Source of the DNA: an uncultured virus (IMG/VR IMGVR_UViG_3300043313_000272) | Lineage: Duplodnaviria > Heunggongvirae > Uroviricota > Caudoviricetes | DNA: 64,000 nt | IMG/VR virus record: IMGVR_UViG_3300043313_000272 | Strand: one strand, 5' to 3' | In this document: positions 57,794 through 64,000 of the stretch, in pieces | Layout: every line of letters begins with the position of its first letter | Position numbering within the stretch: position 1 is the stretch's first letter | The notes under the pieces: generated by a model | The model's database searches: none | Seen by the model: the letters and a program-made list of their open reading frames with translations, nothing else | What the model was told of the DNA's origin: nothing | Made by a program: the position numbers and the translations under genes

Positions 57794-58225
57794 CGGCGAT
57801 CGCCTCACCGTCGACCGGCGGCGGCAGCGGAGGCGCCGCGCCAGCTCCGACACAGGTCACGCAATAGCCGGACGTTTCCATCCGCACATCAGCGTTGCCG
57901 CAGCCCTTGCACGGCGAGGAGATCCAATGCCCCTCCTTCGCGCCGGGCTCCTTGACGTGGCGGTCAGGCTTGTCGATGTTCGGCCACGGCTCCTTGTGCC
58001 GGATGCCATACGCCGACGTGCGCTGGATATCCAGGATCTGGTCGACGGTGAGCGGGGCAGCCACCCGACCGGGCTCAGGATGTGAGCGCACCAGGAACAG
58101 CCGGATGCCCATCACCGTCACGCCGGCGGCGAGCACGGCCAGCACCCACAGCAGGTGCACCTCGTGCTCCGGCGGCTTCTGGGCGATCGAGAAGACAATC
58201 AGTGCGCTCACGGCGCTCCCCTCGG

Positions 58226-58717
58226 TTAGATGATGATCGTCATCAGCAGGCAGTTGACGATCGCCCACAAGCCGCAGAAGGCCAACGCGCCGAGCAGTCT
58301 GTACCCGTCGGCCCGGGACGGCTCCTGAGGTGCCCGGAACCAGCTCATGATCTCCCCAGTGCCACGCCACCAGGTGACCGCCGTGTCCTTGATGACCCGA
58401 CCGATCAGGTGGAAGAACTTGCCGGTCAGCCAGGCGCCGAACCGCATCGGCCAGTAGATGCACGGCACCCACTCGACGTGGTAGCCGTTGTGCGAGTCGG
58501 ACACCCGCACCCGCTGGTAGCTGGTCATGAAGGTCGTCTCGTAGTAGTCGACCTCCTGCGCCTCCATACGCCGGCGATCGGGTGGAACCAGCTCATTCCC
58601 GTAGTTCTGCGGCAGCTCGGGCGGGTACCCGTAAAGCGTGTCGGCGGTCACCATGCGGTCGTCGTAGATGGACAGCTCGCCATAGTCGAAGTCGTCGCTG
58701 CAGACCTTGTTGTTCAC
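58226..58717 (-). CDS. Hypothetical membrane protein
   Basis: C-terminal TM; coupled. Confidence 0.55.
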   Translation of the reverse strand: MNNKVCSDDFDYGELSIYDDRMVTADTLYGYPPELPQNYGNELVPPDRRRMEAQEVDYYETTFMTSYQRVRVSDSHNGYHVEWVPCIYWPMRFGAWLTGKFFHLIGRVIKDTAVTWWRGTGEIMSWFRAPQEPSRADGYRLLGALAFCGLWAIVNCLLMTIII

Positions 58718-59241
58718 CCTTCACCTCTCAGGATCAGGCGCAGCCGGTGCGCAATGTGCCGATACTCCACAGCCAGCGCATGGTTCAGGGCTCGGTTCTG
58801 TTTGGGGCCGGTGCCGCGTCGCTGGTCGTTGTCATCGGCCCACGAGCTGTACAGCGCCACCATCGCGTTCAGCTGCAGCCACAGCTTGTCATACTCGGAC
58901 TCCAGGTCACGCGCCGCACCGAGCACCCGGTCGGCCAGGTCCTTGCGCTCCTCGTCGGTCATGGTGGGCCACAGGTCCTCCAGCGGATGGCTGCTGAGGA
59001 ACACCACGTTCCGGGCCTTCCGGGCGCTCTTCGGCCACAGCAGCTCGGAGGGCGGCGGGCCGTACAGGAAGATCGGGTGCTCGGGTCCTGGCCGGTTGCA
59101 GTCGGCCAGCTCCATGCCACCCTTCGGGTCGTAACCCCAGACCTCGGTGTCGCGGCCATACCGCCGGATCAGGTCCAGCAGCAGCCTCATGCGGCGTTGT
59201 TTGCCGTGCTGGCGGGCCTCTACGAGTACCCGGCGCATCAT
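58714..59241 (-). CDS. Hypothetical protein with FtsK-like DPKGGxEL motif
   Basis: ARQHGK...VWGYDPKGGMELA. Confidence 0.5.
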   Translation of the reverse strand: MMRRVLVEARQHGKQRRMRLLLDLIRRYGRDTEVWGYDPKGGMELADCNRPGPEHPIFLYGPPPSELLWPKSARKARNVVFLSSHPLEDLWPTMTDEERKDLADRVLGAARDLESEYDKLWLQLNAMVALYSSWADDNDQRRGTGPKQNRALNHALAVEYRHIAHRLRLILRGEG

Positions 59242-59666
59242 GCGTCCAAGCACTTGTTATACCGGGCGACGTAGACGTCCAGGGCTTTCTGCATCGCCTT
59301 GTCGGCCTTGGCGACCTTGTCCCACTCGGCGCCCGATTCGTCGTACTTCTCCGCCTTGAACAGCTGCATCGCCTTCACCACGTGCTTGTTGGACTCGACG
59401 TGCCTGTCGACGATCTCCTTGCCCCGGTCGAGCATGGCGAAGCAGGCCGGCGGCATCTGGTCGACGGGCACCATCCAGTCCTTGAACACCGTCTGGGTTG
59501 GCGCCGGCTGAGCATCCGGCGCCGGTGCCGACGTCTTGACGCCGATGATGATCAGGGCGATCACCAGCAGGAACGCGATCCCCGCCATGACCAGCCGCCA
59601 GTTGTCGTCGATCCAGGCGACCGCCTTCCGGACGCCCGTCGGGGTCTCTTCCCGCTTGCCTGTCAC
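59238..59666 (-). CDS. Membrane-anchored hypothetical protein
   Basis: Single N-terminal TM. Confidence 0.6.
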   Translation of the reverse strand: MTGKREETPTGVRKAVAWIDDNWRLVMAGIAFLLVIALIIIGVKTSAPAPDAQPAPTQTVFKDWMVPVDQMPPACFAMLDRGKEIVDRHVESNKHVVKAMQLFKAEKYDESGAEWDKVAKADKAMQKALDVYVARYNKCLDA

Positions 59667-59986
59667 GAAGCCTCCTCGTCCTCCTCAGCCTCCACGCGAA
59701 CGCTGGGGAAGTAGATGATGGAGCCTAGCCCCATGGAGTCGATCGCGTTGTTGCCGGCCATCTCGTCCAGCAGCTCGTCGTCGGCGATCTCGGGATTGTC
59801 GCCGAGCAGCTGACCGAGCCGAATCCCGAACTCGAACGCTGTGGTGCCGCGGTCGACGTCGAAGCCGAGGCAGGTCGTGCCGTACATTCCGCGGCCCGAG
59901 TAGTTGTGCCTCACGGTGATGTCGAGGTCAGCTTCCTGCAGGGCCGTCTCCAGCTCGTCTGCCTGCTCGGGGGTGATGATCATCAT
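59663..59986 (-). CDS. Hypothetical acidic protein
   Basis: YSGRGMYGTTCLG...DSMGLGSIIYFP; first gene behind promoter. Confidence 0.7.
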   Translation of the reverse strand: MMIITPEQADELETALQEADLDITVRHNYSGRGMYGTTCLGFDVDRGTTAFEFGIRLGQLLGDNPEIADDELLDEMAGNNAIDSMGLGSIIYFPSVRVEAEEDEEAS

Positions 59987-59992
59987 GTCAAT

Positions 59993-60053
59993 CTCCTTTG
60001 CCAGGTGGATTTGATCTTGGTCTAAACCTAAGCGACCGAACCCCGGTTGTCAA
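59993..60053 (-). promoter_or_regulatory. Promoter TTGACA-N17-TAGGTT plus CACCTGGCAAAGGAG leader motif
   Basis: -35 60048-60053, -10 60025-60030; 13-bp inverted repeat TAAGCGACCGAAC/GTTCGGTCGCTTA flanks the -35. Confidence 0.85.
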
Positions 60054-60083
60054 GAGTTCGGTCGCTTAAGTCAAGAGTTTCTA

Positions 60084-60929
60084 CTAGCTGGGATCAGCTG
60101 GCTCCACCCGATCGCCGGTGGACACAGTGCCTCCGGAGGTCGCGTTGCCGTTGTACAGGCCACGCCCGATGAAGGGCTCGCCCGGTGCCGGTGCACCCGG
60201 ATCGGAGACCTTGAAGGTGAAGACGAACGCCCCACCTGCACCAGTGGAGATCTCGCCCACGTCGCCGTAGGCAGAGCCGACCACGTCGGTGCGGGTCTGG
60301 ATGTGAGCGTTCCGACCCTCATAGCCGACGTACTTGCCGGTGCTCCAGTTGGCGCGCACGAGCTTGCCGCTGGCCTTCACCGTGTCGACGTACGGCTCAG
60401 GTGAGAAGTTCACCCGGTCCGCGCTGGAGCCGCTCTTGAACTCGGTACGCCGCAGCAGCACCAGGTCGCCGACGTCGTCCGTGTCGACCTCCCAGCCGGT
60501 GCCTGTGGCCGACTCTGCGTCGTTGATGCGGACCCGGACGTTCTTCTCATCGCCGGCCACCGAGTTGCTACCCGGCTTCTCGACGTAGATCACGTCACTG
60601 TCCTCACCAGCAGCCGCCTCGCCGGCGGTGAAGGTGCCCTCGGCGGAGACGTAGCCGCCGGCGCTGAACACCTGCCAGCGATCGCCAGCCTCCACGTTGC
60701 AGACTGCCGGGGCCTTGATGGTCAGGGTGCGCTTGGCATCCGACACCCCGATGACCGCCTCGTGGTCGGCAGTGTTGATGTAGCGGGCCGGGCTGGACAG
60801 CTTCCAGGAAACCGCGGCTTCACAGGCCGCGGCGTCGATCGGCGCCGCTTGGGCGGGCAGCGCGGACAGCGCGAACCCTGCGGTCAGAGCTAGCCCGGAG
60901 GCCACCCCCAATGCTCTCTTGATGGTCAT
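60084..60929 (-). CDS. Secreted protein with Ig-like C-terminal domain
   Basis: Signal peptide ending AQA; VNFSPEP...SGKLVRANW. Confidence 0.7.
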   Translation of the reverse strand: MTIKRALGVASGLALTAGFALSALPAQAAPIDAAACEAAVSWKLSSPARYINTADHEAVIGVSDAKRTLTIKAPAVCNVEAGDRWQVFSAGGYVSAEGTFTAGEAAAGEDSDVIYVEKPGSNSVAGDEKNVRVRINDAESATGTGWEVDTDDVGDLVLLRRTEFKSGSSADRVNFSPEPYVDTVKASGKLVRANWSTGKYVGYEGRNAHIQTRTDVVGSAYGDVGEISTGAGGAFVFTFKVSDPGAPAPGEPFIGRGLYNGNATSGGTVSTGDRVEPADPS

Positions 60930-61490
60930 GCAGTGAATCCTTTCGTTGATGTTGCCTTGCTGACGTTACAGAACGGGTGGGTCGTTGACCTCCTTTGCCA
61001 GGTGATGTTGCGCGGGTAAACCTAGCAGCGCGGTTCCCGCTTGGCTTCAGGCTCCGCGGCTCGCGGCGTGTCGAACATGCCCTCCAGCAGGCCGCGGGTG
61101 TGCTTCGGCATGCAGTCGTGTACGAAGCGGGCGCCCTTCACCTCGCCGGGCATGGTGACCTTCACCTTGTCGTCGGTGTCGTCGAGGTGCCAGCCGCCGG
61201 TGTCCAGCTCAACCGCCAGATCGGCTGTGACGTCTCGCTTGCAGGCCGGGCATTTGGCGATCGGCTCAGCTCGGGTCACTCGTACCAATGTCACGTCTTC
61301 ACCTCCTCTCCCAAGTCCATGCTCATCACAACCCCGGTGTTGCTGACGGTGAAGCGGAGCCGCCGACACTCACCGAGCAGTTGCAGCGGCGACACCTCGA
61401 CGGTCAGCTCGCCGGCAGGGACCTTCTGCATCAGGTAGCGCAGCTGCTCCGCATCCCGTTCGCTGAGCACATACTTCACTCCCGCACCTC

Positions 61491-62555
61491 CTATGTTTCG
61501 CAGACGACGCCGTCGCCGTCTCGGTCGCGGTACCAGTCGTACTCGGGGTCCCGGCCCTTCTTGTACGGGCCGTAGCCGTTCGCGTTGGCCTCATAGCAGT
61601 AGTCGAAGCGCGGGTCCGTCCGGCGGTGCGCCCGGGGCGGCACATAGCCAGGGCAGCCCTTCGTCTTCCAGTTGCTCTCGACACAGCGGGGCCGCTTCTG
61701 CACCTTCGGTTCACCGATCGGCTTCGGCTTCGGCCAATTGAACGCGGTCGCCTTGTCGGGTGACCAGGACTGGCCGTCACAGTCGTCGGTGTCGAGGATC
61801 GTCAGGAGCATGGTGCGCTCCTTGCTCGTCACCGGGATGTCGTACCGGTGTTTGATGTGAGCCACACGGGCCGCGAAGAAGCAGGCGTCCTGCTTGTCGT
61901 CCGGGCGCCAGCGGTCGATCGTCTTGTCGGACTTCCCCTGGTTCGTCGCAGAGTCAACCGCCTCCAGGTTCTCCGGGTCGTTGGCGAACTTCTCACGGTT
62001 GGCCTGGGTCTCGTCGTCCATCACCTGCCAGGCGTTGTGGAGCGACACGACGTGGTCGATCTCCACCTTCCCGTCGCCACGCTCATAGGTGAACGTGTGC
62101 GGGCTGGCGTAGCTGTACTCGTCGTCCCGGATCTTCGCCTTCGCCATCACGCAGCCGTGAGTGCCGGGCTTGGTGTGCCTTTTCACCGAGTCGCGGCGCA
62201 GCACATCATTGCGGGTGTCGCAGCCGTTGTGATCGACGTCCTTCCAGGCTTGGCCGTACGCCGACCTCTTGTAGCCCGTGATGCGGGAGTCGTCGACGTC
62301 GAGCGCCAGCGCGATCCCGAACGCTGATTTGGGGTCAACCGTTTGGCTCGGCGTGGCCGATGCCTGCGCCTTCGACGGGGTAGAGCTAGGCGCCGGCGCT
62401 GAGGTCGAGCGCGCCTTGTCGGCGGCATCCGATCCGCGCCAGAAGTCGCCGGTTGCCATGGACAGGTTGGTGCTGAGCATCGAGAAGCCCAACACCACCC
62501 CGATGATGATCACTACTTTGTGGCGGCTCAACGGCCCCCGAGGTTTCTTGCTCAC
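61491..62555 (-). CDS. Membrane-anchored HNH (DUF1524-like) nuclease with Excalibur Ca-binding domain
   Basis: GCDTRNDVLRRD, EIDHVVSL, FANDPENL.AV...NQGKSDK; C-terminal YC...GPY...DRDGDGVVCE; GTG start after leader motif 62561-62575. Confidence 0.88.
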   Translation of the reverse strand: MSKKPRGPLSRHKVVIIIGVVLGFSMLSTNLSMATGDFWRGSDAADKARSTSAPAPSSTPSKAQASATPSQTVDPKSAFGIALALDVDDSRITGYKRSAYGQAWKDVDHNGCDTRNDVLRRDSVKRHTKPGTHGCVMAKAKIRDDEYSYASPHTFTYERGDGKVEIDHVVSLHNAWQVMDDETQANREKFANDPENLEAVDSATNQGKSDKTIDRWRPDDKQDACFFAARVAHIKHRYDIPVTSKERTMLLTILDTDDCDGQSWSPDKATAFNWPKPKPIGEPKVQKRPRCVESNWKTKGCPGYVPPRAHRRTDPRFDYCYEANANGYGPYKKGRDPEYDWYRDRDGDGVVCET

Positions 62556-62957
62556 TAGATCTCCTTTGCCAGGTGTTTGTTTCATGAATCATGAACCTTG
62601 AAACTAAGTTACCGAGATTCCACCCCCGGGTCGTCGAATTCGGAGCGGATGCCGTATCCGCTCCGATACCGAGGCCACAGTGACATCGGGACAGGTCGGC
62701 GGTGCTCGTCCAGGATCAGCCAGCTGTACCGCCTCTTCACGACCACACCGTTGGCCTGCGGCTCGTCGACGTCCACGGTCCGGCGCTCCAGCTCCTCCTC
62801 GATTGTGTCCAGGCTGGCGTCGTCCGGAACGTCGAACTCGAACGTGACCTGGATCCTCACGAGTTCTTCCTGACCTCGCGGGCTACGAAGATGAGCATCG
62901 GCAGCACCACGAACAGCAAACCGCCAACGACTACGAACCATTGCCAAGCCATTGTTT

Positions 62958-63020
62958 CCCCTTGCCAGGTGGAGTTTCTGTTTACGAGATCAAACCTACA
63001 GCACCTACCCCGCTTGTCAA
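62958..63020 (-). promoter_or_regulatory. Promoter TTGACA-N16-TAGGTT plus CACCTGGCAAGGGG leader motif
   Basis: -35 63015-63020, -10 62993-62998. Confidence 0.8.
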
Positions 63021-63316
63021 GAGTTCAGCTGTCGATGATGGCCAGCAGCTCCTTCAGCCACTGGCAGTCCTGGCAAATGTCGTCCGGGTGGAGGTGGCAG
63101 TGCTTGTGATAGGCCGGGTGCGCCGAGCCGTGCTTCGCGGCGTGCTCGATCAGTCGACGTCGTAGCCGGTCGAGCGCAGCAGCCTCAAAGCCTGGTCCCG
63201 GTTGCGTTGACAGCACCGGCGATGAGTCCAGATCCACCGCGGACAGTCGTGCACCATGCAGTACTTCAGGATGTCGTGTTGGGTCAGCCAGATCGCGACC
63301 GTGCTCAGCAACCACC

Positions 63317-63955
63317 TCACGTCGTGCCGTTGACGCAGGTGGCGTGCACGGTCATCGTCGAATCCCCCACGCTGTCGCCTTCGTTCTCGTGGAAGTTCTC
63401 CGACGGCGTCGGGATTCCCCAACGGTTGGCCGCGGTCGGTATCCCACTGGTGTTGACAGGGTTGGAGGGGCCGGCGGGTCGGCTGTCGATGGTTCCCCAT
63501 CCGTAGATGACGACCTTGCCGGTCGGGCAGGTCACCGACGTCACCTGGTCGGGCCACTTGTACATCGGGCAGGGGTAGCAGCTCGCGTCGCGCTCCCCTC
63601 CGGTGGCGTACTGCACCGACTGCACCGTGTGGGTGACGAACTCGTAGCCAGACACGCCGCCAGGAGCACCGTCGGCACCGTCTTTCCCGTCAGCACCGTC
63701 TTCACCGGCGGCGCCTCGTGGCCCTTCGCGACCAGACACATCCCAGCTGACCCGGGTCTCACCGGAGGCGCATGGCTGGTCGTGGTCGACGAACCGGGCC
63801 TTGCCGTCGGACGGCTTGTAGCAGGCGGAGAGCTTGCCGTCTGGCCCTGGGATGGAGGCGTCAGCGTCAACCACCGTGAGCGCGAGTATGAGCAGTCCGA
63901 GGAGGAGGAGGCCGGCCAGCACCGTCGCCAGCCGACCCCGCATCCAGGACGCCAT
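63317..63955 (-). CDS. Secreted protein with short collagen-like repeat
   Basis: Signal peptide; GREGPRGAAGEDGADGKDGADGAPG Gly-X-Y run; flanking Cys domains. Confidence 0.75.
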   Translation of the reverse strand: MASWMRGRLATVLAGLLLLGLLILALTVVDADASIPGPDGKLSACYKPSDGKARFVDHDQPCASGETRVSWDVSGREGPRGAAGEDGADGKDGADGAPGGVSGYEFVTHTVQSVQYATGGERDASCYPCPMYKWPDQVTSVTCPTGKVVIYGWGTIDSRPAGPSNPVNTSGIPTAANRWGIPTPSENFHENEGDSVGDSTMTVHATCVNGTT

Positions 63956-64000
63956 CAGTGGCTGTCTACCCAGGTCTGGGCGGCATCCGGGGTGTTGGCG

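Noticed and set aside
1001..59274. Many long plus-strand ORFs (e.g. 1001-2443, 8203-9645, 31707-33032, 34760-36238, 49101-50339)
   Set aside because: Antisense shadows of well-supported minus-strand genes in high-GC DNA; no recognisable motifs
1..64000. Integrase/attP, tRNA genes, DNA polymerase
   Set aside because: No recognisable motifs in the window; they may lie outside it, and tRNAscan/ARAGORN would be needed to exclude tRNAs

Overview
GC-rich DNA that reads as most of the genome of a tailed (siphovirus-like) actinobacterial phage; nearly every credible gene is on the minus strand. In transcription order (high to low coordinate): a ~13 kb block of small accessory, secreted and membrane genes (64000-51400); terminase nuclease half, portal, split MuF-like head protein, scaffold, decoration, major capsid, neck and tail genes with a -1 frameshift chaperone, tape measure and minor tails (51361-25874); lysis cassette (25776-22334); a non-coding structured-RNA region and secreted proteins (22330-19146); an FtsK/TraB-like translocase; recombination/replication genes (Rad52-like, DUF932, SSB, RecB-like nuclease, DnaC-like, WhiB, HNH); a DNA-modification/ParB locus; small terminase and the terminase ATPase half (989-234). 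No integrase, DNA polymerase, tRNA or CRISPR array was recognised. Most striking: (1) a 12-copy CACCTGGCAA(A)GGAG leader motif fused to Shine-Dalgarno sites, mostly behind near-identical TTGACA-N16/17-TAGGTT promoters, plus a candidate promoter- and hairpin-bounded ~300-nt RNA carrying two sense copies and one perfect antisense copy of that motif (candidate sRNA/sponge regulon); (2) a large terminase split into ATPase and nuclease genes far apart. All family calls come from motif recognition by eye, not database searches.
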